Assembly (NCBI RefSeq): GCF_046119375.1
Contig: NW_027362770.1
Location: forward strand, 72,168,001-72,232,000
Direction: 5' to 3'
DNA length: 64,000 nt
Source of the DNA: Phyllobates terribilis
Taxonomy: Eukaryota
The first letter of the stretch is position 1; the number at the start of each line of letters is the position of its first letter. Positions 10,600-28,020 of the stretch are shown here, one piece after another. The position numbers and the translations under genes were made by a program. The notes below the pieces were generated by a model that saw only the letters and a program-made list of their open reading frames with translations, did not search any database and was not told the DNA's origin.

Positions 10600-11781
10600 G
10601 CCCTACAAGGACGGAGCAATTGCTTTTCCGACTGCTGGTGTTGTTGAGGCACCAGGATGTTACGGGCTTTGCCTCCTTTGGGGTAGCTCCAGTGCCCTGA
10701 TTTTCCTTTCCCTTTATATTGGGAGGGCTGATTCTGAGGGGGACGAAAGGAACGCTTCCTGGCTTGTTTCTGTTCAGGAAGGGTTTTCTTTTTGTCAGAG
10801 GCCTTTTCAAGAATATCATCCAGAGCTGGCCCGAATACATATTTCCCCTGAAATGGTATGGAGCAGAGTTTCACCTTAGAGGTGACGTCTCAACTCCACA
10901 TTTTAAGCCATTGTGCACGTCGAGCAGTATTGGATAATACAGCAGCTCTAGCCGCGATACGGACTGATTCAGCCGAGGCATCAGCAAAGAAGCCTCTGGC
11001 CGCACAAGTCGAAGATATATTAACCTTGAGGGAGGCAGAAGAGGTTTCCCATGATTTTCTAAGGACACTTTCCATTTTCCTGTCCAGGGGATCCTTTAAC
11101 TGGGATGAGTCTTCAAAGGTGAGCGAGGTCTTTTTTTTTTTTACTACCCTTGCCACCTGGATATCAACTTTAGGAATGTCCCAATAAAACTCTTCACCCT
11201 CCAGGGGGTATCTATGCTTTAACTCCGAAGGGGTGGTGAGACAGCTTTCCGGAGCTTCCCACTCCTGACGAATGAGATCTCAGATGATCTCATGTACTGG
11301 AAATCTAGCTCACTTTTTGACTTAAGACCCCTGAACATTTCATCCTGAACAGAACAGGGGACCTCAACCTCTTCTAGCCCCAAAGTGCCTCTGACAGAAT
11401 CAAGCAACTCCTCTATATTATCTGAGGAGGAATGTCACAGTCTCTGTTTTTTTGATGGAAGCTAAGGATTCACTTTCCCCAAATTAATCTGAGGCTGAGC
11501 TACTAGCCCCGTTGGGAAAAAAACATCCGAATCTTCCTCTTTTTAGGGGGAGAGGACCTGGAGGATGAGGTGTAGTGAGGCAGAGCAGCGATAGACGCCT
11601 GGACCTCCTGCCTGACCAGCAATCTGAGCTCATCTAGAAGCGAGGGATTTTCTTCCTTAATTATGCGGTCTGTGCAGGGCTGGCATAGTTTCTTCCTATA
11701 TGATGAGGGCAGTTTTTTGGCGCAGATACCTAACATGCGGGATGGGTTCTTATCCTTCTTCGTAGTGGGGGCCTGGTCTTC
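10600..11781 (-). pseudogene. DIRS gag-like ORF1 remnant
   Basis: N-terminal Cys pairs (GICAKK...LCQPC), DPLDRKME...AARAAVLSNTARRAQWLKMW and PFQGKYVFGPALD, as in vertebrate DIRS ORF1. Frameshifted. Boundaries approximate. Confidence 0.7.
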
Positions 11782-12459
11782 CTAAGAGAAGGGATACCCA
11801 GATTAACTAGAAAGGGGGGGGTAAAAAGTGTCATTACAAGAGAGGGGCTAAGTTAATCCCCCAGCGACCGGACCTCCCCTGTACTACTCTCTGTAGCCGG
11901 GGGCGTGCTGGGCTCCGCAGATGCAGGGATAGAAGATCTGTCACCCTCCATGATAGAGATAGCCTTACCTGATGACGTCTTCTGGCGGGTTGTTGAAGCA
12001 AAAAAAAAAAAAAAAAACCCGTGCCCCCAGCAAGGAACTTCCTGTTCCCTCCCCCTTCCGGTCACCTGCGGGCTGTTAGGCGAACACGGAGTCCAGTTCC
12101 CAGGAGTGCGCACAAACCATGTGCGTTCCAGCGTGGAATGCATAATTCCGAACCCGGAAGTGACTAGAGGCCTTAATATGATGTCACTTCCAGGCGTGTG
12201 TGCCTCCCAGAGACGCCGATAGGAAGGGGGAGACGCCGGAGAGCTGAAGCAGGCCTCCGGCATGCACGGTACCTGGCCTGCTTTACCCTCTATGGGGCGC
12301 AGGAAGACCAGGATGGTCCCAGATCGGGAGCAGACAAGGAAGGAGGATGGGAGCACCCACGTCCGACCACTGCCCGACAAGTAAGGAAAATTTCTATCAA
12401 TGCTGCCGTGCCGGCCTGACATCACTGAAAGATCTCTCCATGTCCCAAGGGGGACAGAA

Positions 12460-12570
12460 AAACACTGGTGGTTGGCGGTGGGGAGAGGCATTTAACCTCT
12501 GTGTTCCTGTCACCCAATAGGGCATGGACGACATCCTCCATTACTGTCCTGGAAGGCGTATTTGAGAAAA
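12460..12570. repeat. DIRS 5' inverted terminal repeat
   Basis: Reverse complement of the left terminus. Ends TTTGAGAAAA. Confidence 0.9.
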
Positions 12571-13884
12571 TGCCATTGTGGGCCTGAGGTTCCCCACCCC
12601 TGCTGTAAATAATGCCCATATTTGTTACTCTCTCAGCAGGGATGTTTCCCAACTAAAAAAAATATTATCTAGCATAACATTTTACATTACCGTCCCAGAG
12701 CAATTTTATCAGTTTTATCAAACTAAACTTGTAATTGTATACAGTGACACACCAAAGCACCTGTGAAGATCAGTCTCCACTCATCCTCCCTTTCCTTGTG
12801 AATGGCTAGTGAAAACCACTACCCCGCAAACAGTGCTGTCAATGGGAATGTTGACTCTTCGTTATGTACCAGATTTATTAAACTGAGTTCATGTAGGTTT
12901 TATATAGGAGCCCACATGCATACTTTGCAAACAGCCCTAAGTCATGCTCCATTTTTCTACTTCCATATTTAAAAAAATATTTTCCACTACTTAGACAACT
13001 GCTGTCTTAATGTTATGGTCCCAATTGTAAAAAAAAAAAGAAAAAAATGTTATGCTCATACCCCACCCCAAAACCATTCCAGTATGGTCAGGGCCAGCAT
13101 TCACGTGACACTGGCTGCAGCGCACACATAGCATAAAGCCGTAGCCATTGATGTGAAGCTTTGTTCACACTCCCTGCAGACAAAAATCAGACGGCAGATG
13201 GAATTGTGGCTTAACAATATCAACAGAGCACCAGGACACATCGCTGGAAAAGCCCGAGGGCAAGCATAAGGATTCTGTGGGGGGGACTTTACATATATTT
13301 TAATTGGGAATATGTCCACGTAGTGGGAAGCCCTTGTAACACAAACCAATTAAACGTGTTTATTAAAGCACAAGGCTGCACAGTGCAGGGCTCAAAATTT
13401 GTCTTTCTAGATGTGTCCATGTTCAAATCACAGCTATTATACAATGAGGGAAACATTTTATTTATAAAAGCACCAAGTGCCAGTTCCACTAGGCAGAGGA
13501 GCGGTTGCTGGAGTCGGTAATAGCACCACACACCATTCTACCTCGATTAAATGCCAAGGCCAGAACCAGCACTGTGCTGGAAAGGACGTCAGCACAGCCT
13601 CCAGGATCCAGGGCAGTTATTTGGTTTTTTAGATTTTTTTTCCAGCCAAATCATAGCAGTGTTGTAAAGAGTGGAAACAAAAAAAACTCCCCAAAACCCA
13701 TAAGAAATGTTCACATTTAGGTATTGAGCATAAAGACTACTTCAGCGCTTGATTGAAAATAGTTTTTATATTTTACTGCGACTTGACCGACCCATGAAGA
13801 ACAGACAAATTAGCAATGTTTCTGCTCCAAGAAGACTTTTGAAAGATACATCTGTTGGGTAGAAGTCCAGTATAAGACCACGGC

Positions 13885-14125
13885 CCCATATTTTTTCTCA
13901 GGAGTGGGAGCCAAAACCAGGAGTGGATGATAAATGCAGAATTGGTGACTTGTTTCTATTATACATTTCCTCTCCTGGTTTTGGCTCCATCAGAGGAGAT
14001 GTATAAGAGAAACAAGTGCACCAATTCTGCATTTATCACCCACTACTGACCAAAAAAAAACTGATAGTGGGTCCATGGCATAACCCACTGTCAGTTTTTG
14101 GTCAGTATTCGTAAACCAAAACCAG
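13885..14125. mobile_element. Degenerate palindromic MITE, related to 29610-29795
   Basis: Inverted segments GATAAATGCAGAATTGGTG..CTTGTTTCT / AGAAACAAGTGCACCAATTCTGCATTTATC. Shares CCAGGAGTGG..GATAAAT with 29610-29795. Ends unclear. Confidence 0.5.
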
Positions 14126-14264
14126 GGATTTGCCGTGAGCAAGCATATTCATTTCCTTGTTACATTTAGGTATTGTCACAGAGGCTCTCGGGAAGTACAG
14201 AGTTGTTTTTAGTGAAAAAAAAAGCCCCAAAACCAAAGCATTTGACAATGTCCTTTAAATTTGA

Positions 14265-14270
14265 TTTATT
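14265..14270 (-). terminator. SKP1: Probable SKP1 polyadenylation signal AATAAA
   Basis: TTTATT on the + strand, with ATTAAA at 14291-14296 upstream and a GU/U-rich tract downstream on the minus strand. Implies a ~1.2 kb 3' UTR. Confidence 0.55.
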
Positions 14271-15432
14271 AGGAAAGTTTAAACCTGCTCTTTAATACAG
14301 ATTAAAAAGTATAATGAACACTGAACACAACACAACATATATAGAAGCTAGAGGAGGGGAGGCTGCACAGATCTGCTAGGTGGAGGAGGTGCGGAGCCTG
14401 ATCAGCATGTCATTTTCAGCTTAACAGGAGTAAAGTAAGTAACTGAGCACCTCACTTAAACTTTTCTAGCCAAGCTGCCTGGTTAAAGGTTTCAATTCAC
14501 AATCTTCCAACAAAGAGCACAAACGTTAGAATTTGTCTTGAAATTGCAGTCTATGGGAAACTTTGTGATATACCAGCATAACATTTCTTTACACGGTATT
14601 CCCATATCTTGTCACTGGGTTGCTCACTGATCCAGGGAATGAATGGGATCTAGTACTGCATTCCCATCAAAGGTTTTTGTACATAAGGGCAGCACACCCA
14701 CCCGAATCTGCAGCCAGCATCATCACGTGAATGGATCGGTGCTGCAGTTCCCTGCACAACCAGGTGGCCCAGCGCTCTGCATAGGCAGTGTAGGGACCGC
14801 AGGACTACAGCCTAGCAATATACCATCAGCTTTTAATATGGGAATACCCCGTTACCAGGGTTATAATTTCCACTTTAACGTGTAAAAGTCAGTCCAAACT
14901 TATTTTCCCAAAAGCACCAGCCAAAAAATTAAATAAATAGACAAATGATGTGAATGCCAATGTGTAAGCGGATTTACTAAAAATGAAAAGAAAAACAGCA
15001 GCACTTCTGCAAACTCCATATATATCTGGTGATATGTGGTCTAATGAAGATCCACTGTTGTGTTTCCTGCTGTGTCGTCATGCAGCTCGGATCTTACATC
15101 ACGACCACCTAAATATAAAGTGGAGCAGTCTGCAATCTCTTGGCGAGGAGATGACGGGCCGGAGAGCATTAGGGATCGCATCTTCTGTCTTCACAGCACA
15201 CATCAGATTCATTATAGTTTATAGGAAGTCACAACAGATTACAATGGTAAAAACACAGTTTGAGGAGAGGAATTGTTACTCAAAAAAATTATATATATTT
15301 ATATAGGACACAACATGCAGCAAAACGCCCTGCTGCTAATATGAGAAACTGCTGAATTGTCTATTATAAACAGAGCAGTGCAACTATTTGGAACGATTCT
15401 TACAGTGTTCTAGTGACGAGAGGCACAGCGGA

Positions 15433-20118
<4,686 letters not shown>

Positions 20119-21949
20119 CTATGGAACAAGAGCCACAAGTTATGATTTCCTGCAACTCAAAGCAATTACTACTCCGATTTCTTCCGGAATGGATCTATCC
20201 AACATAACAAGAGATGAATAAAAAACTAAGAGGTTTGTGTGAATAAGTCAGCTTTTTAGAAGCTCTAGTCCACATGCGTCTAGTCCTCATGGGCCAAAGT
20301 CGGCTCACCACTCATTATGGGGCACACAAGGTCAGGACACAGAAGGACCGCACAACCCCTTTAAAAATAAATCAAATAAATCAATAAATACAACCACTGA
20401 GAATTTGCAGCCTTGACATAGTCCGAGCATAAAAAAATCGTGTTTTTTTTTTTTAAACCCACACCACCCTAGGGCCATTCAAGTGTGGTATTGCTATGTA
20501 GTGGACAAGCCCTCTAAACAACATTTCAATAGAAAACACTGGCCCTGCTCTTACACAATTATTGTCAGTATTCTCCACACACGTTCAGAGGCTCTTGTCA
20601 AACATGAAAGAGCTAAACTTAGGTACAAAATCAACCCTATTTTTCCCCAACAGGACAAAAGTAGAACGCAACACTCACCACTGATTAATCCAATACTAAT
20701 TTTAGATGCATGGTCATAGGATATAACAGACACGAGGCTACAGAGGTTTCATCAAGCCTTCACTTCATCCATGGTCAGATGAAGAGTGATTACACATGAA
20801 ACAGTTGTAGCTTAGGACCATGCATGAAAAATAAACATTGGATTCATCAGTGGTGAGTTCTGCATTCTACTTTCATCCTGTTGGAAAATAAAGCCTTTTA
20901 AACATAACATACAACTTAGTGAAAGTGACACAAATATGGCTGATTTAGGATCTCTTCGGGTATGTGCTCACGATCAGGAATAGCAGCGTTTTGGACACAG
21001 TATTTTCACTGCGTTCTAATCACGCAGTTAAATCTGCATGTGGCACAATTTCAGCATACATGATTCAAATATAGGCCCAGATTCCTTTACGAGCCACAGA
21101 CCCTTAATTGTGTTGAAAAATATATCTAAAACAAGAACAAGTCTGGAGAAGGGCTCCCCCCTCGCCCCCATTCTACAAAAATTAGGGTGGAATGTTAGCA
21201 CATGTAACTTGATCAGCCCCGGCGTGTACCTAATCCCATGACGGGACAGATCCATTCTACAGGTTAGGTTTCATCTACTGAGAAAAGTGTTAAAAAAAAA
21301 AAAAGTGCAGCGTTAATAGTGTTCCCCTCTTATAAAAAGAAGAAAGCCACCTGAGAAGCGCGTCAACCTTTAAAGCAATCCATGGCAGTGAAAGCAAAGT
21401 GATGGGCGGGGTGGGGGTAAAGGTGATTGCTTTATACAGACGGACACACTTCATGACATCAGAAGATGAAGACACCCTGATGCCCACACAGTACCAGGCC
21501 AATAGTCTGGAGTTCACAGATGTACACCTGGCATGCACCCAAATACACCCACAAACATGGACAATATGGTGCGACCGGCAGCGGAAGTAGCAGCAAGCGC
21601 CAGGTGGCGTACGGCTGTGACAGTCTGGTACACACGCGTCACACTCAGGCCCGTAGGCTAAGTCTGGCCTGCAGGCTGCTTAGGTTCAGCCCACGACACC
21701 GGAACCACCACTCCTGTGTGGGGCCATTATTCTGTGTACTGGTCAGCCCGGTTTTGACCTGGACATCCCTGCTCTGGTACCAGCTCCGCTGTGCGGTTAG
21801 CTTGTGGGCATATATCTGCTGGCACACCACCCTGTGACCCGGCACGCCACCCTGTGACCCGGCATTAGGCAAAAAAAAAAGTTGCGGGTCTCAGAAAATA
21901 AAAAGTAATAACAACAGAGGAAGGAGTATGGATGATTTTCCCCACTTCC

Positions 21950-22950
21950 TAGTACGGGCGATGGTAAAAGGAGTTGAGTCGGAGACAATTGTAACCATGA
22001 TACAGCTGTGTGGACGGAAAAGTAATCGTTATGGAGGGGGAAGGAAGGAGCACGGCTGGCCCAGCGCTGAAGGGGATGTCTGAGGGCCACAGGCGCCGCT
22101 CCATGCGGGGAGGCGGTGTAGCGTCACCGGGTGAGCAGCCCCAGGGCAGGCGGCTGCTGGGCTGACACAGGCCGGCCGCATCCATGACCGAGGCCCGGAG
22201 CAGGAGCGCAGCCTCCGCCATACTGCACACACGACGCTCCTAGAGAAGGCTGTCCTCCGCCATGAACTCACCGTGCTCAAGCGCGTCCAGATACCAGACA
22301 CAAGGCCTCACCGCTGCCTGCCGGCCACACTACTCCACCTCCTAGGGAGCTGCGTCACCCGAGCCTGGCGGCAGCAATAGGCGGGGCTCTTGTAACGCAC
22401 GGAGCAAAGTCCTGTGTGCTAGAGCTTAATCACAGGTGTACAGTATGTCTCCAGGAACGCGGGAGCTTCTGGGTAACATACATCACTAGTGGTCTCCAAG
22501 AAAATGGCGGCAAAACCGGATATAGGAGATGAATCTAGGGCACGTTACCTGTGCGCCTGTGGGATTCTACCTCATGCGCCAAGGCAGGGTGCTGCCGAAG
22601 TGACAGCCTATCAGAGGGACTAACCGAGATGACAGCCAATAAGGAGGCAGAACGCCTATTACGTAAAGGAACTACAGCCAATGAAGGCGTGGCGCCGACT
22701 AGTATCCAGGGAAGCAGCTGGGTTCTCGCCTGGCAACAGTCGTCAGGAGTGTGGAGTCAGAGCATTGTCACTGTCAATGGCAGAAGCCTAGAGACGCAGA
22801 GGGCGCGCGGGAGCGGGGTTAACTCCGTAATGGCCGGCTGCTGTGCAGGAGCCATAGCCCACTGTAGTCACAGATGTGGCCGCACGAGGCGCTGCACCAC
22901 AGTCTGGATTATTTGCGAACAGCCATTCAATTCATTTACATTTTGTTATG
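21950..22950 (-). promoter_or_regulatory. SKP1: SKP1 CpG-island promoter with non-coding first exon
   Basis: CpG-dense GC-rich stretch. YY1-type AAAATGGCGG at 22501-22510, CCAAT boxes near 22637 and 22677. Minus-strand donors after 22272 (ACG|GTGAGT), 22312 and 22549. Limits approximate. Confidence 0.7.
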
Positions 22951-24189
22951 ACACGAATATTGAAAATAGGCTATTTCTAAGTTTTTCTTTGTATTGTACA
23001 CTGTTCTGGTCACAGCCGCTTGGGCTGACGGAGTCTCCGGGCTGTCACGGTCGGACGATTCCTCATGTGGTCGAGTTTTGTGTTTTCTGGCAAGTAATAA
23101 AATAGTTTTCTATCACTGGACTTTCCCTTTTTCCTTTATTTTTTGCATGGGATCATCAGACGTATAATGCTTTTGTTTTGTCTTTTTTTCTACTATTGCT
23201 CATTTTTACCTCTGTAACTGGGACATGCATAGGAGCCCTGGTTACAGGGGAAAACCTCCAGCGTCGGTGCCAGCTCACAGGCAGCGCGATCAGTGTCTGC
23301 GGGGTCAGTGCTGGGAGACGCCCTGTGGTCGGCAGTGCCAGTGCTTCTGTACCCCGCCTAGAACACAGGAAGGGACTGAAGACCTGCCCCCGGCGTCCCC
23401 CGACACTTCCCAAATGACCCCAGACCTGCTGCATGTACAGTAACCCCGGGTTGGTCCTTATAGGGTTAATGCTTTTCTTCAAGCACTCTGTAGCAATTTT
23501 TCTCAAATTGTCATATAAAATATGTGAAAAATTACATAAAGGGAACCAGTCACCCCCATCCTTGACCCATCCTCTCTGTCTCGCTATCGCCCCATCTCAC
23601 TTCTCCCCTATGCCTCCAAACTACTGGAACAACGCGTCCATTCTGAGCTGTCCTCCCACCTCTCCTCCTGCTCCCTCTTTGACCACTTACAATCTGACTT
23701 CCGTCCGCATCACTCCACTGAAACTGCCCTGACTAAAGTCACCAATGACTTACAGCCAAATCCAAGCGACACTACTCTGTCCTCCTCCTCCTGGACCTGT
23801 CCTCAGCATTTGACACATTGGACCAATCCCTCTTACTACAGATTCTCTCATCTCTTGGCATCACAGACTATGCCCTATCCTGGATCTCCTCATACCGAAC
23901 AGACCAGACATTTAGCACAGAGGTGTATCTAAATCTTCTAGCACCCGGGGCAAGGATTCAGTTTGGCGCCCCCTCCCCTCAACACATGTGATTTGCACAC
24001 TTAGTCACATGCCGACGAGCTGCTCTCCATAATTCTCTCTGAGAGAAGCAGGAAGAGAAGCTCGTTGTCACCTGACCATCAGTATGAATATCGCATAAGT
24101 GAAGTGAACCTGTAAGCAGAGCTGAATCCTGACAGTGAGTATATTACACACTTTTGGGATTGGACATGCTGCAGGGCTTCATTTTATAA

Positions 24190-24535
24190 TTAAAGGGCTT
24201 GTCCAGATTTGAGATCAAAGTCTGCAGTCACTCTATGTGACAGCAGGCTTCTGAATTCTCACAATGCATGCACTGCACACTTTTGGGATTCTCGCTTGCC
24301 AGTGGCAAGAGTGGACGGTGATGTCAGCACAAGTATGTGATTTGTATACTTCTGGCCACATTACGATTAGACATGTCCGACCTCGCTCAATTCATTTTTA
24401 CGTCTAGTCAGCACATGACCGCATGTATGCAAATCGTCGGCACAAGAGATTCCTGACAGTGCGCACTGTGAGAATTCAGACGTCTGCAATCACATAGAAT
24501 GACTGCAGGCTCATCACCAACCTGGACAACCTCTA
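24190..24535. mobile_element. Palindromic Kolobok/T2-like MITE nested in the hAT element
   Basis: TTAAAGGGCTTGTCCAG ... CTGGACAACCTCTAA. Inner arms CTGAATTCTCACA / TGTGAGAATTCAG. Confidence 0.65.
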
Positions 24536-25304
24536 ATGCTCCTAACATAAATAAAAACATGACAATTAGTCAGTATCACAAAAAACATTTACATCCAGGT
24601 ACCTGATAGATGATGTAATGTTGTCTCTGGAGTCCTTCTCTTTCTTCCTCTTGTCCTAACTCCTTGATGACTTTTTTCATCCACAGCTCATCTCTGCAGA
24701 CTTCTTTCCTGGTCTTCTGCAGCACATCCCCACATGATGCCCTTAAAGATAGCAGTGTCATTATAATGCTCCTGAATAAAAATATCTGCTCTACGCTGAG
24801 ATCCTGAATAAATAATTGCCCCTCACTATATTCCCTGCACAAAATATGACTCCCACATTGTCCCTCTTATGGTACATGTGCTCCACACCGCCCTTTCCTC
24901 ATCATACTGGACCCCCTTTTCACACTGTCCTCTCACACGGTGTCCCCCTAGAGGACCCAGTCTGTATACTGTGCCCCATCATCACACTCCCCCTCCTTGG
25001 TATACTATCCCCTCCTGGCTGTGCCCTTACACTGTCCTGCCATGCTACCTCACCACACTACTCAGTCTCTATTCTGTGCCCACTCACATTTTCTACCCAT
25101 ACTATCTCCTCACATATTTACCCGTCGCTCTCCATACTTCCTCCTCACATATCCCCCCCCGACTCCCCATACTGTGTCCGCACACTTCCCATCACCCTTG
25201 CTTCCCATACTGTATCCGCACACATTGTTTCCCTCACTCCCCATACAGTGTCGGCACCCACCCCCCACTCGCTCCCCACAGAGTAAGTCTCATCCCTCCA
25301 CACA

Positions 25305-25558
25305 GAATATATCCCCCCTCCACACTGAATAAATCCCCCTCCAAACTGAATAAATCCGCCCTCCACGCTGAATAAATGCCCCCTCCACACTGAATAAATC
25401 CCCCCTCACCATGCCTCCACGCTGAAAATCCCCCCTCCATGCTCAATAAATCCCCCCTCCACTATGAATAAATCTCGCCCCCCATACTGAATAAATCCCT
25501 CCCTCCACACTGAATAAATCCGCCTCTGCATACTGAATAAATCCCCCCACGCTGAATC
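25305..25558 (+). repeat. ~21-22-bp minisatellite, about 11 units, most containing AATAAA
   Basis: Unit approximately CCCCCTCCACACTGAATAAAT. Confidence 0.85.
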
Positions 25559-27218
25559 TTCGGTGTCTTCAGCTCCACAGACGCAGGAGCACTTACTGCC
25601 AATGCTGTTCTCTCTTCTGGACGTCAGCGAGTGACGTCAGCAACGTGATCACTTGACCTGATGTCGGTGCTGAGATCACTCTGAGCCGATGGTCACAGCT
25701 TCAATTTTACTCGCGTCTGAAAGAGGCGCGAGTACAATTGAACGCTGTGAGCCTGCACGCTCTGTGAGCCGGCTGTCAGATTGACAGCTGGCTCAGAGAA
25801 CGGCCAACTCCTAGTCCAGGGGGCGGCAGAATGCAGCCGCCGGGGAAGATACCTTGGACCACCGAATTAGGCAGCCCGACTGCGCCCCCCTACCGACTGT
25901 GCCCGCTGCCTGCCCCCTTGATACGCCTCTGATTCAGCGTCTCCCATTCACACACCACCTCCTCATCTTAGCCACTATCTGTCAGTGTCCCCAAAGGTTC
26001 AGTTCTAGGACCCCTGCTCTTCTCCAGCTATACCTTCGGCCTGGGACAGCTCATAGAGTCTCACGGCTTTCAGTATCATCTCTTTGCTGATGACACACAG
26101 ATGTTCCTCTCTGGACCTGATATCACCTCTTTACTAACCAGAATCCCACAATGTCTGTCCGCTATTTCATCCTTCTTCTCAACTAGATTTCTAAAAGTTA
26201 ACATGGATAAAACTGAATTCATCATGTTTTCACCATCTCACTCAACCCCCTCATCTGACCTATCTATCAAAGTAAATGGCTGCCCACTTTCCCCAGTCCC
26301 GCTAGCTCACTGCCTCGGGGTAACCCTGGATTCTAATCTCTCCTTCAAACCACATATCCAAGCCCTTTCCAATTCTTGCCGACTGCAACTCAAAAATATC
26401 TCCCGGATCCGCACATTCCTCAACCATGAATCTGCAAAAACACTAGTGCACACCCTCATCATCTCCCACCTCGACTGACTACTGCAACCTCCTGCTTTGT
26501 GGCCTCCCCTCTAACACGCTTGCACCCCTCCAATCTATCCTAAACTCTGCTGTCTAACTAATCCACTTATCCCTACGCTATTCCCCCGCCTCTCCCCTCT
26601 GTCAATCCCTCCACTGGCTCCCCATTGCCCAGAGACTCCAGTTCATACATCCATACATCTGTGACCTAGTCTCCCGGTACTTACCTGCACGCAACCTGCA
26701 ATCCTCACAAGATCTCCTTCTCTACTCCCCTTTTATCTTCTCGTCCCACAATAGCATACAAGATTTTTCCTGTGCATCTGCCCTACTCTGGAATTCTCTA
26801 CCCCAACACATCAGACTCTCGCCTACCGTGGAAACCTTTAAATGGAACCTGAAGACCCACCTCTTCCGACAAGCCTACAACCTACAGTAAGCCTTGTTCC
26901 ACCATACCGCTGCATGACCAGCGCTAACCCGACCTACTATATCATCACCCACCCCTTGTAGACTGTGAGCCCTCACGGGCAGGGTCCTTTCTCCTCCTGT
27001 ACCAGTTGGTGACCCCTTTTCACATGTAAAGTGCCATGGAATAAATGGCACTATAATAATAAATAATAATAACATGACAGCTGACACCCGGCTCTCATTG
27101 CCAAGAGTGGTGCTTGTTTAACCCACGAAATGCTGCGATCAATATTGATGGCAGCGTTTAGAAGGCAGGGGAGAGAGGGGGCTCCCTTTCCCCCCCGTTC
27201 AGCTCCCCCACGACGTTA

Positions 27219-27551
27219 TCCTTGTTGAGTGTGTCAATGACTGCCTTCTGGACATCTGTCAAGTCAACAGTCTTCCCCATGATTGTGGAGCCTACTGAAA
27301 CAGACTAAGGGACCTTTTTAAACGCTTAGGAAGCCTTTGCAGGTGTTTTTTGGTAATTATTTTAATTTACTGAGATGATGACTTTTGTGTTTTCATTGGC
27401 TGTAAGCCATAATCATCAACAGAAATAAACACTTGAAATAGGTCATGCTGTTTGTAATGACTCTATATTATATATGAGTTTCACTCTTTGTATTGAAGAA
27501 CTGAAATAAATCAACTTTTTGATGATATTCTAATTTAGTGAGATGCACCTG
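27219..27551 (-). mobile_element. Tc1 transposon 5' fragment
   Basis: Terminus CAGGTGCATCTCAC..AATTAGAATATCATC. ATG at 27278-27280 begins MGKTVDLTDVQKAVIDTLNK, a Tc1 transposase N-terminus. Confidence 0.75.
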
Positions 27552-28020
27552 TGTTACGAATCCGGGTGGTGGAACCTCTGTGCTGTGATGCAAGGAGGGA
27601 CCAGAGGGGCGTAACTAAGTGCCTACCCGGACCGACCCTGGCCACACGGCGGCTTAGTAGACTCCGTGAACCAGTGAGCGACCGGGAAGGTGAACCAAGT
27701 GCCACTCTGGGACCGACCTTGTGTGAGAGCAGGCAACTACCACGGGTCAGATGGCTGAAGCTGACAGGTACATCAGATGACCAGCATATAAAGAGAAATT
27801 GTACAGGGGCCCACCAGAAGATTCTCCTGTGGGCCAGTCCAAGCCTGTCTGAATCCATGTCTTCCAATTGAGATATAATCACCAACTAATCATGGGTTAA
27901 AGCATCAGCCATAGGTGAACCACTTCCACAATCTGTATATGTAAGTTACAGTTTGATGGCTTCATGTTTATAATAGGGCTCTGCAATTTTTCGGTCCAGG
28001 CTGTCGTCGTCACATTGTAA

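Larger units (their letters stand above)
70..12570 (-). mobile_element. DIRS1-like tyrosine-recombinase retrotransposon, full length, decayed, with three nested insertions (about 5.1 kb without them)
   Basis: Inverted terminal repeats (70-209 vs 12460-12570). ICR at 587-675 joins the complements of both ends. Remnant gag, RT (YLDD at 2914-2925), RNase H, methyltransferase-like and YR (SARRVGEL, HSTR, HY) domains occur in DIRS order. Confidence 0.93.
23918..25931. mobile_element. Non-autonomous hAT element inserted in the L2
   Basis: TIRs CAGAGGTGTATCTA / TTGATACGCCTCTG. Diverged 8-bp TSD ATTTAGCA / ATTCAGCG. L2 RT resumes after it. Confidence 0.78.
23555..27072 (+). mobile_element. 5'-truncated L2-clade LINE (RT and 3' end), interrupted by a hAT element
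   Basis: [37 protein letters not shown] and LFADDTQ motifs with frameshifts. Ends in (AAT)n at ~27054-27072. Confidence 0.88.

Noticed and set aside
11853-12491. 212-aa ORF at the DIRS 5' end as a separate gene
   Set aside because: It crosses the ITR, a poly-T run and the predicted intron, and has no domain. Better read as leader sequence.
12571-14250. 3' end of TCF7, the usual syntenic neighbour
   Set aside because: No TCF/LEF-like exon was recognised. The neighbour is probably outside the window.
22551-23105. 184-aa plus-strand ORF divergent from SKP1
   Set aside because: No recognisable domain. Long ORFs arise by chance in GC-rich CpG islands.
24816-25446. Overlapping 70-168 aa Pro/His/Ser-rich ORFs
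   Set aside because: Low-complexity C-rich repeats inside the hAT element.
27552-27766. Possible solo LTR (TGTTACG...CTGACA)
   Set aside because: No matching TSD. The leading TG is equally explained as the mutated TA beside the Tc1 terminus, and there is no second copy in the window.
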